Shown in pieces: positions 51,211-64,000 of a DNA stretch of 64,000 bases. How positions within the stretch are numbered: position 1 is the stretch's first letter; the number at the start of each line of letters is the position of its first letter. Source of the DNA: Mobula birostris (Eukaryota); contig NC_092371.1 of NCBI RefSeq assembly GCF_030028105.1, positions 97,367,064-97,431,063 on the forward strand. The letters are read 5' to 3'. The notes beneath the pieces are model-generated. The model was not told the DNA's origin. It saw nothing but the letters and a program-made list of their open reading frames with translations, and did no database searches. The position numbers and the translations under genes were made by a program.

Positions 51211-52379
51211 TAGTTTATAGAAGCGGTGCAGTGTAGTGGTGAATTAAGTTATCCATGCCAGTTCAGGCAATAACTGTTCCTGCATATGCTGGTGTGGGAC
51301 CTATGGCTTTTTAACCTCCAATGTGAGTCTGTGTGAGGTTTGCACAGTCTCCCTCATTGGATGCTGATGTTTTCAAGCCAAGGATCGAAAGTCAAGAAAG
51401 AGGCATAAATCTCTGTCCTTACAATAATTTATTAAGCCTTACCAGAACAAAATGAGGGGAAATAAAACAATGAAGCATGAGTGTGAGAGGGAGAGGGAGA
51501 AAGAGGGAAAGGAGACCCTAGAGGAAGGGAAAAGAACAAAAAGACCAATCCAACATGGTTTTGTCATTTTATACCAGATTAACAATTCCATTGAATTTCC
51601 ATAGACAATAGCTAACCAATGAGATAGTCCATATTCAAGTAATATGATACCTACCATAGAAAGTAAGTAGTTACAAAGGAAACTGGAATCTCTACAAAAC
51701 ACTGTGAACAATTACATATATATAAGTGATTATAGAAAAAATACAAAGCAAGCATAAGAAAGTTAAACTACAAGGAAGGGAACAGTTACACAGTCCAACC
51801 TATTACCCTGTTACTGCTTCAGTTTTCCTCCCACATCCCGAACATGTGGATTAACTGGCCATTGGTGAGTGGCAGAGTCTGAGGAGGAGCTGATGTGGGA
51901 AAAATAGACCAGGATTACTGAAAATACATTGTTTATGGTCAGTGTGGGCTCAGTGGGCTAAGGATCTTATTTCTATGCTGTTCCTTTCGATGACTATAAA
52001 TTTAAATATGAATGACAAAGTTTTGGTTTGTTTGAAGAGGAAATTAAAATACAATATAGATTTCTAAGTCAAGTCAAATTGAGTTTACTGTCGTATGCAC
52101 AGATACAGTGAGGTAAAGGTACACTGAGAATCTTGCTTGCAGCAACATCATCAGTCGATACAGACAACACACAGAAAATAAATTATACAAGTCATGGAAG
52201 AGAGAGAGAAAGAGAAATAAGACTGTACAAAAACAAGAATGATATAACATGTCATCAGTGACAAGGCCAGGGTAATGCAATGGTTGGTATAAGGTTATTC
52301 TGTTATGCCATCCCTGTGACGATTCTAGGAATCAAGACTACAGCTGAGAGTAAACACTTAAGTTACTTGGAGTATTTAC

Positions 52380-55300
52380 AGTTATACAGCAGTTTGGAAA
52401 TAATGGAAGTTTGATGTCGTGAGCAATATTGTGAGTCCTGTATTTAAGTGAAGATGTGCAGGCCCTGGAAAAGGTCCAGAGTAGATTCACAAGAGTCAAC
52501 TCAGGAATGAAAGGCTTGACTTATATAGAGTGTTTGATGCCTCTGTATTTGATGCAGTTTGGAAAGCTGACAGTGAGATCTCATTGAAATCTAGCATATA
52601 CTGCAGGACCTGGGTAGATTGGATGTGGAGAGAATGTTTCCATTAGTAGGAGAATCTTGTATCTGAGGGCACAGCCTCAGAAAAAACGGGATGTCCATTT
52701 AAAATTGAGATGCAGAGGAGCTTCTTCAGCAAGAGGATGGTGAATCTGTGGAATTTCTTGAGACAGAGGGCAGTGTAAGTCAAGTCATTGGGTGTATTTA
52801 AGGCAAAAACTCGGGATCTTGATAAGGGGGTTAAGGGATTCAGGGAGAAGACAGGAGACAAGGGTTGTGAAAAATCAGTCATGATTGATTGGCAAAAGCA
52901 GACTATGGGCCAAATGGCCTAACTCTGTTACAAAATCTTATCTGATGGTCTCATGATCCTATGTTGGTGGTAAATGTCTATTTCATCTTAAACACAAGAG
53001 ATCCTACAGATGCTGAAAATTTTGAGCAAGGACTGTAAAGACTTAGATAGTGATGGCCAGTGTATAGAACTGAGAGAAGGAAAGGACAGGCTGGACAATG
53101 AAAGACATAAACATAGAAGATGGACCTTTTAGCTCACAATGTTGTGCCAAACCAGCTAAAAAATAAATCAAAACCCCCATACCCTAATGCCTCCTACCAA
53201 CACAATGTTCATATTCCTCCATCTTCCTCACATCCATGTGTCTATCCAAAAGTCTCTTAAAAGCCTCTAACGTATTTGCCTCTCCCAACATTTCAGACCA
53301 CGCATTCCAGGCGTCCATCACTTTGAGACTTACCCCTCACATCGCCTTGAACCTACCCCCTCTAGTAATAGACATCTCATCCCTGGGAAACAGATACTGC
53401 CTGTCTACTCTATCTATGTCTCTCATAATGATATAAACCAATATCAGATCTCCCCTCAGCCTCTGCCACTCCAGAGAAAACAACCCAAGTTTATCCAGCT
53501 TCTCATGATAGCACATGTCCTCTAAACCAGGCAGCATCCTGGTAAACCTCTTCTGCACCCTCTCCAAAGCCTCAACATCCTTCCTATAGTGGAACGAACC
53601 AGAACTGAATGCAGTACTCCAGACGTGGCAAAACCAGGGTTGTAGAAAGCTGCAACATAACCTCTTGACATTTGAACTCAGTGCCTTGACTAATAAAAGC
53701 AAGCATTCCATAAACCTTCTTAACCACCTTGTAGCCACTTTCGAGGAGCAATGAACTTGGATCCCACGAGTCCTCTGCTTAGCAACACTATTAAAGATTT
53801 TGCCCTTAACAGTGTACTGATTCTTAGTATTTGCCCTACCAATGTATAACACCTCACATTCATCTGGGTTAAACTCTATCCTGAATTTCTCTGCACATAT
53901 CTGCAAATGATCTATCACACTGTATTCTTTGTCAGTCTTCTGCACTATTGACAACTCCACCAATCTTGATATCATCCACAAACTTAGTAAGCCACCCATC
54001 TACATTTTCATTCAGGTCACTTATATACATTACAAACAGCAGAGAGCCCAGCATAGATCTCTACAGAACACCACTAGTTACAGACCTCCAGCTTGAATAA
54101 GTGGCTTTAACCACTAATTGTTGTCATCTATGTGCCAGACAGTTCAGAAACCAAGTAGCCAATTTTCTGCAGACCCCATGCATCCTAACCTTCTAGATTA
54201 GCCTTCCATGAAGGACTTTGTTAAAAGCCTTGCTAAAATCAGCGTAAACAACAACCACTGCTCTACCCTCATCAATCTGTCTCAGCACCTTGTCAGAATA
54301 CTCAATTATGTTCATAAGACACGACCTACCCCAAACAAAGCCATGCTATCTCTCCCTAATTAGGCCATAGGTTTCCAAATACTCATATATTCTACGCCTA
54401 AGAATTTTCTCCAACAATTTCCCTATAAATGACATGAGATTCACCGGTCTATAGGTCCCAGGATTTTCCTTTATTCCCTTCTTAAATGGAGGTGCAATAT
54501 TGGCCTCCAGTCCTGTTTATTTAGCCTGTGGCTAAAGAGGACATGACGATACAAGTCAAGGGATTAGCAGTCCTGTCTCTTGCCTTCTTTAATAAGCTGG
54601 GGTAAATCCCATCAGGGCCTGGAGACTTATCCACCTTAATACACATTAGGTAGTCAACTCCTCCTCCTCCTTCATCTCTAAATATTCATATACTCAGCAC
54701 TGGTCTCCTGGTCCTCCATATCCTTTTCCTTGGTAAACACTGAAGCAAAGTACTCATTTGGTACCTCACTCATATTCTCCACATCCATGCAAATGTTCCC
54801 CCCTTTATCCTTGAGTGATCCCACCCTCTCTCCAGCTATCATCTTGCTCTTGGTATATGTATAGCATGACTTAGGATTCACCTTAATCCTACTTGACAAG
54901 GAGTTTGCATGGCCCCTCCTGGCTTTTCTTATTCGCTTCTTTGGTCCTTTTCTGGCTCCTTTATACTCCTCATTTGCTTTGTTTGATCCTAACTTCTGAA
55001 GTTTTACATGCTTTTCTGTCTTATTCTTGACTAAATTCATCACACTCTGGATATCCAAGTTCTCTTATCTTTCCATCCCCATCCTTCCTTCTAAAAGGAA
55101 CATACCTTTCCTGTACTCCTAAAAACCCTCTATATGTCTGATGTGGACTTGTAAGAGAAAAGATGTTTCAAATTAATTCTTCTTAATTCTGCCTAATTCC
55201 CTCATAATTTGCCTGACTCTAATTTGAAGTTCTCACACAAGGACTATCCTTACCTAAAGCTACCCTGAAAGTTAAGGAGCTGTGGTCGCTGTTCCCTAAT

Positions 55301-55640
55301 TGCTCACCCACTGAATGGTCAGTCACCTGTCCAGTACACCTCTACTCTCTTTCGACCAGAAGGCTGTGGACGACTGTCAGAGGTTACAGCAGGACATTGA
55401 TAGGATACAAAACTGGGCTGAGAAGTGGCAGATGGAGTTCAATCCAGATAAGTGTGAGGTGGTTCATTTTGGTAGGTCAAATATGATAGCAGAATATAGC
55501 AAGTCTCTTGGCAGTGAGGAGGATCAGAGGGATCTTGGGGTCTGAGTCCATAGGACACTCAAAGCTGCTACACAGGTTGACTCTGTGGTTAAGAAGGTCT
55601 TCATCAATCATGGGATGAGTTTACTTGCTGAGAGGTAATG
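52380..55640. mobile_element. Cluster of CR1 fragments (+ 52380-52940, - 53110-55320, + 55360-55640)
   Basis: CR1 ORF2 motifs in ORFs 53337-53999, 54678-55058 and 55315-55545. Confidence 0.8.
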
Positions 55641-55989
55641 TTGCAGCTATATAGTTTGTCCTGGGTATGACTCTAAACTACAACCGGTGATGAGGCTCTG
55701 ATTGGGGACTTTCAGAGCTTTGGGGAAAGTGGAGTTACCCCTTAGTCATTCATTGCTCCCAGGGCCGCTCTGACCCAGAACAGTAGCACCTGCAAGGGTT
55801 CCTGTTCAGGATAGGAGCGAAGGACAACAACAGATCCAGCAGGTTCAGTAACTAAACTTATGACAGAGAAGGCTAATGAGCTAGGACCTCAAATGTCAAC
55901 GGCTATAGTACAGGCAGGTGAAGATTTGGGAAGAGAAATGGTGATTTCTTTAGTTCGCCCAATGGAAGGCAATAGCAAACCACCGTTGC

Positions 55990-56380
55990 TAGATATTAGG
56001 TTTCCTAGAATCTATTTGCTAAGACCATGGTCAAGCTCACAAAATGTATCACACAACAACAGCATCAAGAGGATCTTCAAGACAATTCTGAAGATGCTTC
56101 GCTCAGTAGTGTTGATTCTGGTCAGCAGGGGATCCCCGACTGTCATCAAGCTACTGCTCATAAAATTCAAGTAACACAAAAGAAAATTATTGCCACTTGG
56201 AATATAAGAACCCTATATCAAGCAGGAAGATTGGACAATGTGATAAATGAAATGGAAAGACTAAAGAATAACATCATGGGAATTAGCGAAGTTCGTTGGA
56301 TAGGAGCTGGGACATGTCAGAGTAGAAATATAACACTAATTTATTCTTGTGAAACATCCCATACTAATGGAGTTGAGACA
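55990..56380 (+). mobile_element. RTE-clade LINE, N-terminal AP endonuclease fragment
   Basis: IATWNIRTLYQAGRLDNVINEMERLKNNIMGISEVRWIGAG is the typical RTE/BovB-like APE start. Confidence 0.75.
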
Positions 56381-57189
56381 GAGGCTGGTGGGTGAAAGGT
56401 GGAACACATAGTGTGAGGTGGATAGTGGGATGACGGGAAGATAGAACCAGGTGGGAAGGAGAGAATGGGGACTGTTGAGGTAGAGGTTGGTAGGTGATAG
56501 GTGAAACTAGATAAAGGAGGACAGCTGACAAATGACCACAGATTGACGAAGGAACAGGAAAGACTGCATAACAACAAAGAAACACAAATAGACAGATATG
56601 TGAGTGATAGGCAGATGAGGGACGGTAATGAAAGAGAAGGTGTGGAGAAAGAAACTGGGTGGATTGGTAGTATGTTGCCACCTGAAGATGGGAAGAAGGA
56701 ATGAGCTCATGTTCATCCATACCTATGGCTTGCCTGTTCACTTCTTGATTCCAACCTTAATTAAGAAATTCAGTGACTGGAATGTGTAGACGTGTTCATT
56801 GTTAGAATGATGAGAGTGTATTTAGAAAAAAATTGATTTCACTCAATGAGTGGTGGGGAAGAGGAACACACTAGTCATAGAGTCACAGAGTCATTGTATC
56901 ATAGAGCTATAGAGCATGGGAACAGTTGGTCTAACTCATCCATGCTAACTAAAATATCTATCTACTCTAATCCTATTACCAGTGTTGGCCAATACCCTTC
57001 TCAACCTTTTCTATGCAAGTGACTGTCTAGATATCTTCAAATTGTCTTCCTCTGGCAGCTCATTCCACATACCCATCATTCTTTGTGTGAAAAGGCCCCT
57101 CATGTCTCTTTACATCTTTACCCTTCTCACTTTAAACCTATGCCCTCTGGTTAGAGACTCTCCTCCGCTGGGGAAAAGTAGTGTAGTTG

Positions 57190-57460
57190 TTAGTGTGACG
57201 CTACTATAGCTTAGGGCGTTCTGGAGTTTGGAGTTCAATTCCAGTGCCATTCTGTCCTTCCCATGGAATGCGTGGGCTTTCCCTTCGTGTTCCAGCTTCC
57301 TCCCAAAGACATACCGGGTAGGTTAATTGGTCATTGCAAATAGTCCCATGATCAGGTTAGTGTTAATCAGGGTTGTGGGGTTGGTGGGGCAGCATGGTTC
57401 AAAGGGCCAGAAGGACCTACTCAACATTGTATTGTGAAATAAAAATAAATAAATTATGTT
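57190..57460 (+). mobile_element. tRNA-derived SINE
   Basis: tRNA-like head (GTTAGT...GGAGTTCAATTCC) and AAAT-repeat tail. Sibling at 63600-63880. Confidence 0.55.
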
Positions 57461-58919
57461 ATAAACCTGTGTAGCATCAACCCTCAGACTTCTATACTCC
57501 AGCAGAAAATGTCAGCATATCCAAACACTTCTCCTTTCAGTTCTGGTAAGAGCCCCTTACATCTTTTCAAAGGTTTCAAAGGTACATTTAATCTCAGAGG
57601 AATGTATACAATATACATTCTGAAATTCTTTTTCTTTGCACCTTCTCCAGTTTAATGGCATTCTCCCCACAGCAGGAGAACCAGTGCTGCACACCATTTC
57701 CAAACATGCCCTTACCTACTGTAATGTTGAATCAGGTTTGTGCGTCTGGCAAATTGAGACAGAAAACGCTGACCACAAATAAGTTTATTAATCATTTATT
57801 TACAAACAGTAAAAATTCAACCAATCATTTATGTTCCCCAAGTTACAGACTCTACAAAGCTGAATATTCAACAAACATACTTAGTTAAAAGCGCGTGCAG
57901 AGCATACCTTCCCAATCGTCATATGCACTGCTTGCCTTAAACAAAGAGAGAGAGGGAGAAAACGTCTCACATGTGTTCTCTGTATACCAGGATATTTGAA
58001 ATTGGACACCAGGCAGCTAACCAATGGTAAAAGCACCTGCAGTTTCTAAACTAACCAATCACAACAAGGAGACTTTCAACAGGCAGAAATTCCCCCACAG
58101 GACACCAACATCCGGTATAGCTGAATCATAACATCCCAAATCTAGAACTCAATGTCTGATAGATGAAGGTACATGTGCCAGATCCCTCCCTTACTGCCCT
58201 GACTACCACTGCCCCTACTTTCAGAAACATGTACCTGCATCCTGAGGCCTCACGTTACCCTCAAAAGTTGTGGTGTTAGCAACTCCCATCACTGTTAAAA
58301 TGTAACTGATGTGGCAGGCTATAGGCGGAGAGCCGTGAGGTGGGAGTAACTACAAACTGAGAACATAGCACAGTGCAGCATAGTCCGGGACCTTTGGCCC
58401 ATTATGCTATGCCAACCTATATCAACCTGCTCCGTGATTAATCTAACCATAGGACCATAAGACCATAAGACGTAGGAGCAGAATTAGACCATTTGACCCA
58501 TCAAGTCAGCTCCGCCATTTTACCACGGCTGATTTATTATTCCCCATTCTCCTGCTTTCTCCTTCTAACCATTGACACCCTTGCGAATCAAGAGCCAATC
58601 AACCTCTAATTTAAATATATCTAATGACCTACACATATGTCTGTGGCAAAGAATTCAATAGATTTACTATTCTCTGGCTATTAAACCTTTCCCTGACCTA
58701 TGTAAACCTATTCTACAATTAATCTAACCCTTCCCTCCTACACAGCCCTTAACCCTCCACGTTGCTTATATCCATAGGCTTATCTAAGAGTTTTTAGATG
58801 TCCCTATTGTATCAACCTCTACCACATCTGCTAGTACATTCCAGGCAACCACTGCCCTCTGTGTGAAATAACTATCTCTGATATCTCCCTTAAACTTTCT
58901 TCCATTCACCTAACTTGAA

Positions 58920-59700
58920 GACTATTTTAGCTAGTATATGAGTATGATGAGCTGAATGGCCACCTTCTCTGAGAATAATTATTATAAATGTTTTGCTGCA
59001 ATGCAGAACAAACTTTGAGTTTATGTCTGCATGGTCACATAATTTCTACCTTTTTTGTACAGTATTGTTCGAGTTGCTTTAGACTCTGAAGCCATTTGGT
59101 CACTAGCTGACTTCTCTTCTACAGTTTATATCTTCTCAGCTCCTCCTGTAATGTTTCCAAATTAATTCTGCTACAATCTGCTGCCTTTATTTTATCATCC
59201 CAGACTTCAGTGTAGAACCTGATGACACAGCGATTGCTTCCCTTCAAGTATTCCCTGCTCTCCAATTTGTCCACAGGTTCATTACATTACTAAGTATTAA
59301 ATGAAGTACATTCTCTTTATTGTCCATTCTTTTTATTAAAGCAATCAGCAGCAGAAAGCATTCCTGTGTGAATTCACTTCACCTCCTCCTCTTCCTTCAA
59401 TGAGAGCCCAGCCTCACTGAACCATGATTCAACTCTTTTAAAATGACTCTTTCTTTTCAATGTTCTTTATCTTCCCACACAATACCTATTGATTTCAACC
59501 TTCATCCGAATACTGAGCTAGTCGTGTTCCTTAATTTACTAACCTAGCTTCTTGAAGAAGCTTTCTGATAGCTTCTTTATTCAAGTTGGTTGGCAGACAA
59601 TGCCTCCTTTTCTCATCTGTCTCCTCAGATTCCACACTATAGAGGATTTGCTTTCTTGCCACTTTAATCACCTCCCTGTGAAGTTGAAACTCTCCGTCTC
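58920..59700 (-). pseudogene. Decayed coding-like segment of unknown origin
   Basis: Two 55-codon open stretches (59698-59534 and 59286-59122) plus 27 further codons, separated by isolated stops and a frameshift. A-rich sense strand. No TE motif recognised. Confidence 0.45.
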
Positions 59701-61690
59701 AGCAGTGTGGAGGAACAGAGGGATCTTGGGGTCCAAATCCATAGATCCCTCAAAGATGCCACACAAGTTGATAGGGTTGTTGGAAAGATGTATGGAATGG
59801 TGGTCTAGAATAGTTGGAGGATTGAGTTCAAGAATTGCGAGGTAATGTCGCAGCTCTATAAAAGTATGGTAAGACTACGCTTGGAGGATTATGTTTAGTT
59901 CTATTCACTTCATTATAAAAAGGTGTGGAAGCTTTAGAGAGGATGCAGAGAAGATTTACCAGTAAGGAAGCATGGGATCCAGGGGGAAATTGCTTTGTAG
60001 AACAGAAGGCAAAGAGTGGCTGTAGACGGGTCATATTCTGCATGGAAGTTGGTCACCAGTGGTGTGCCTCAGGGATCTGTTCTGGGACCCCTACACTTTG
60101 TGATTTTTATAAATGACCTGGATGAAAAAATGGAGGGATGGGTTAGTAAATTTTCTAATGATTCAGAAGTTGGAGGTGTTACGAATATTGTGGAGGGCTG
60201 TCAGATGTTACAGCGGGACATTGATAGGATGAGAAGTGGCAGATGGAGTTCAACCCAGATAGTTGTGAGGTGGTTCATTTTGGTAGGTCAAATATGATGA
60301 CAGAATATAGTATTAATGGTAAGACATTAGGCCAGTATGGAGGATCAGAGGGATCTTGGGGTTCGAGTCCATAGGACGCTCAAAGCTGCTACGCAGGTTG
60401 ACTCTGTAATTAAGAAAGCATACAGGGCATTGGCCTTTATCAATTGTGGGACTGAGTTTAGGAAACGAGAAGTAATGTTGCAGCTATATAGGACCCTAGT
60501 CAGACCCTACTTGGAGTACTGTATTCAGTTCTGGTTGTCTCACTATAGGAAGGATGTGGAAATCACAGAAGGGGTGCAGAGGAGATTTACAAGGATGTTG
60601 TCTGGATTGGGGAGCATGCCTTATGAGAATAGGTTGAGTGAACTAAGGCCTTTTTTCCTTGGAGCGATGGAGGATGAGAGGTGACCTGATAGAGCTGTAT
60701 AAGATGATGAGAGGCATTGATCATATGGACACAAAATACTCTGAAGATGCTGGGATCAAAGCAACATGCACGACACAATGGAGGAACTCATCAGGTTGGG
60801 CAGCATCCGTGGAAACAAACAGTCAATGTTTCAGTCGTGACGAAGGATCTTGGCTCGAAACGTTGATTGTTCATTTCCACGGATGCTGCCCGACCTGCTG
60901 AGTTCCTCCAGCATGTTGTGCGTGTTGCTTTGATCGTGGGGATAGTCAGAGGCTTTTTCCCAGGGCTGAAATGGCTAGCACGAGAGGGCACAGTTTTAAG
61001 GTGCTTGGAAGTAGGTGCAGAGGAGATGTCAGGGGTAAGTTATTTATGTAGAGAGCGGTGAGTGTGTGGAATGGGCTGCCTGAGACGGTGGTGGAGGTGG
61101 ATACGATAAGGTCTTTTAAGAGACTCCTGGACAGGTACATGGAGCTCAGAAAAATTGAGGGTTATTTCTCAGGTAAGGACATGTTCGGCACAGCTTTGTG
61201 GGCCAAAGGGCCTGTATTATGATGTAGGTTTTCAATGTTTCTATGATGGTGCCTCAATTGGAAAGCATATCTTAAATGGATAGATTGAGTGAACTTGGGC
61301 TTTTTTCTTTGGAGCGAAGGAGGATGAAAAGTGACTTGATAGAGGTGTACAAGATTATCAGAGATGTAGAGAGAGTGGATCGCAAGAGACTTTTTCCAGG
61401 ACAGAAATGGCTAATATGAAGGGGCACATTTGTAAGGTGACTGAAGGAACATGTGGTGGGAATGCCAGAGGTAAGGTTTGTACAGACAGAGTGTTGGGTG
61501 TGTGGAATGTCCTGCCAGGGGTGGTAGTGGAGGCAGATATATTAGAGGCATCTAAGAGACTCCTAGATGGATGATTGAAAACTGGATGGCTATGTGGGAG
61601 AGAACTGTGGGAGTCGGTTAAAGGGTCAGCACAACCCAATGAACCAAAGGGCATGTATTGTGCTATATTGTCCTCTGTTCTACCCTATCC
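59700..61690 (+). mobile_element. Cluster of CR1 RT/3' fragments
   Basis: [18 protein letters not shown] and RGDLIELYK motifs in ORFs 60016-60901. Confidence 0.8.
60730..60925. mobile_element. Fold-back pLTR-derived mini-element inside CR1
   Basis: Opposed arms (..GAGGAACTCATCAGGTTGGGCAGCATCCGTGGAAA.. / ..TTTCCACGGATGCTGCCCGACCTGCTGAGTTCCTC..) around a degenerate GTGACGAAGG...CGAAAC core. Confidence 0.7.
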
Positions 61691-61819
61691 CTATTGTGCA
61701 CCCTCTACCTGTTAACACTGATGAGAAGATTCTCCTGTCCTAGAAATGGGTTAATGAGCTTAAAGATCCCATTACCCTTGAGATTCTCTCTATTCCCTCT
61801 TCCACTGGGTAAAAAATAA

Positions 61820-62270
61820 AAATGACTGAAAGCACATAACAGGTTCAAGGACAGCTTCTATGCTGCTGCTTTAAGACTATCAAATGGTTCCTCAGCACAA
61901 TAAGATGAACTCTTGGCCTCGCACTGTTGATGTCAAGGCCAAGAATGTTCACCGATTCCTCTACTTCCTCAGGAGGCTAAAGAAATTTCCCATGTCCCCT
62001 TTGACTTTTTCCAGTTTTTATTGGTTTACCATAGAAAGCATTCTGTCTGGATGCATAACAGCTTGGCATGGTAGCTGGTCTGAACATGACGGCGAGAAAC
62101 TGCAGAGTTTTGTGACACAGCTCAGGAACCAACTTCTCCTCTAGGGATTCTGTCTATACTTCTCACTGTCTCAATAAAGCAGTCAGCATCATCAAAGACC
62201 CCACCTACACCAGACATTCTCCCTTCTACTCTATGTGACAATAATAACTCAATACCAATACAAACGCTGG
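61820..62270 (+). mobile_element. Rex1/Babar 3' remnant
   Basis: ..HRFLYFLRRLKKF.. and ..IESILSGCITAWHG.. Confidence 0.65.
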
Positions 62271-63599
62271 ACATTTATATCAATACCGTAGTGGAAAAAG
62301 ATAGGATGAGCTTGTTCCAAACTAGTGTTGAGTGTCTTCCTGTCACCACCTCCCAAACACTCCCCACTAACCACGTTCCCTTTCTGCTACCCTGTTTGCC
62401 CTACTGCTCATGTATCCCTGAGGGAGGAGAATTGGAAAAGCAAATACAGGTCCAATAATTCCTGTCCTCGTCCATCAGGTAACTGGTTGCAGTCTGGAAG
62501 ATTTATTTGGTGATAAATCCCGACATTAATTTTTCAAAGTGCGCTGTTGTTAATAGGATTAAACAGAGAGAGTGAGAGATGAATCTTCCTCAGAAAGTAG
62601 AGGAGTTAGTGAGCTTTCTTGACTGTGACATCAATGAGGTCGACCAGGACTGACTATTGGTGATAATGGATAGTCACATCAAGGGACTTGCAGGTTTCTA
62701 CCCTCTCAGCCTCAGTACCATTGATGTAGACAGGACCAATTTCCTGAAGTCAATGACCAACTCTTTTATTTTGTTGACATGCCAACTTTCCTTTGATTTC
62801 AATTGTGTCTATACTTGTTGGGGTTTAAAAAGATGAGAAGTGATCTTAAGGGATTTTAACAGAATTGATACCAATGTGTCTGCTTCTTGGACAATCTAAA
62901 GCTGGGTTTCACAATACAGGGTTGTGTTTGACGATGGTGTATCAAGCTCCTCAAGGTCTGTAATCAATGACTGGGGTTAGTACTGAGTCCAGTGGTGGAG
63001 CAAGAGGTTACACAAGCCACTATTACACCTCCAGCTCATTTCTAACTACCACTTTTCAATACGCATTATCAGAAATCTAAAATCTGTTGAGCAAGGAAAG
63101 TCAGATTAGCCTGCAACTCTCTATAGGACCCACTTGGTAAAGAGAAGCAGGATATGGTGCATCAATCTTGCTTCCCTTCCCCAGATGCTGCCTGACTTGC
63201 TGAGCATTTGTAACATTTTATTTCAGAATTCCTTCATCTATAGTGTTTAATTTTTGGGCAGAGGACAATCATTTAGACCCCTCTCTACGAGAAAGGTCAT
63301 AGAGTTATATAGCATGGACCTAGGTCCTTCAGCACAACTGGTCCATGCTGATCAGGATGCCACATCCAAGCTAATCCCATTTGCCTGCATTTGACCCATA
63401 ATCTTTCAAAACTTCCCAATCCATCTATTAAAAATTGTTACTGCATCTGCCTGAACCACTTCTCTAGCAGCTGATTTAACAAATATACCACCCTTTGTGT
63501 AAAAAGTTGTACCTCAAGTTGCTCGAAAATCTCTCCCTTTTCAACGTGAGACCCCAGCTCTGGGAGAGAACTGAAGGAGTTCACCCTAAAGGTAAATTG

Positions 63600-63880
63600 G
63601 TGCTATGGTAGCTTAGCAGTTAGCATGATGCCATTACAGCTTGCAGTGCTGGAGTTCGGAGTTCATTTCCGATGCTGTCTCTAAGGAGTTTTATGTGAAT
63701 GCATAGGTTTCCTCCAGGTGCTCTGGTTTCCTTCTACAGTCCTACTGGTTAGTAGTCAATGTAAATTGTCCTGTGATTAGGCTAGGGCTAAATGGGTGGG
63801 TTGCTGGTCAGTGCAGCTCGTTAGGCCTAAAAGGCTTGTTCCATGTTGGATCGCTAAATAAAAATAAATAAGTTAATTAA
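63600..63880 (+). mobile_element. tRNA-derived SINE
   Basis: GGTAGCTTAGCAGTTAGC head and AAATAAAAATAAATAA tail. Confidence 0.55.
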
Positions 63881-64000
63881 AAGAAAGACATAGAAGGTGC
63901 TTAGTATAGTCAAGTATTCCACCCACCCCCCCGCCCTTTTAGAGCTTTTCTTTAATAATTTTTATTTATTCATTTATAGTACTTTAAAGTACTTTCAATA

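Noticed and set aside
57720-58133. Solo LTR (TGTAATG...CATAACA)
   Set aside because: The termini are suggestive but there is no target-site duplication and no second copy in the window.

Overview
Eukaryotic, repeat-dense vertebrate DNA. The repeat families suggest a cartilaginous fish, probably a ray (inference). Most of the window is decayed transposon sequence: CR1, Rex1/Babar, L1, R4/Dong and RTE LINEs, a sushi-type Gypsy element, solo LTRs, SINEs, and Penelope-derived pieces carrying hammerhead-ribozyme motifs. One intact host gene can be assembled by hand on the + strand in 6 exons (14021-26540, 278 aa). It is a type I membrane receptor with a signal peptide, one germline-joined VJ-type Ig V domain, a 10-aa Cys-free stalk, an uncharged TM helix and a tail with tandem tyrosine motifs (AEYAAL, VVYSQV). 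That makes it a probable inhibitory immune receptor of the CD28/CTLA-4/PD-1 or NKp30/XMIV type. The ORF track shows only its V exon. Separately, the non-repeat spacers between TEs from about 39.5 to 62.6 kb read on the - strand as pieces of what may be one long decayed ORF, possibly an endogenous viral (Bunyavirales L-like) element. That reading is unconfirmed. TE boundaries are approximate unless a TSD is cited. No computation or database search was run.
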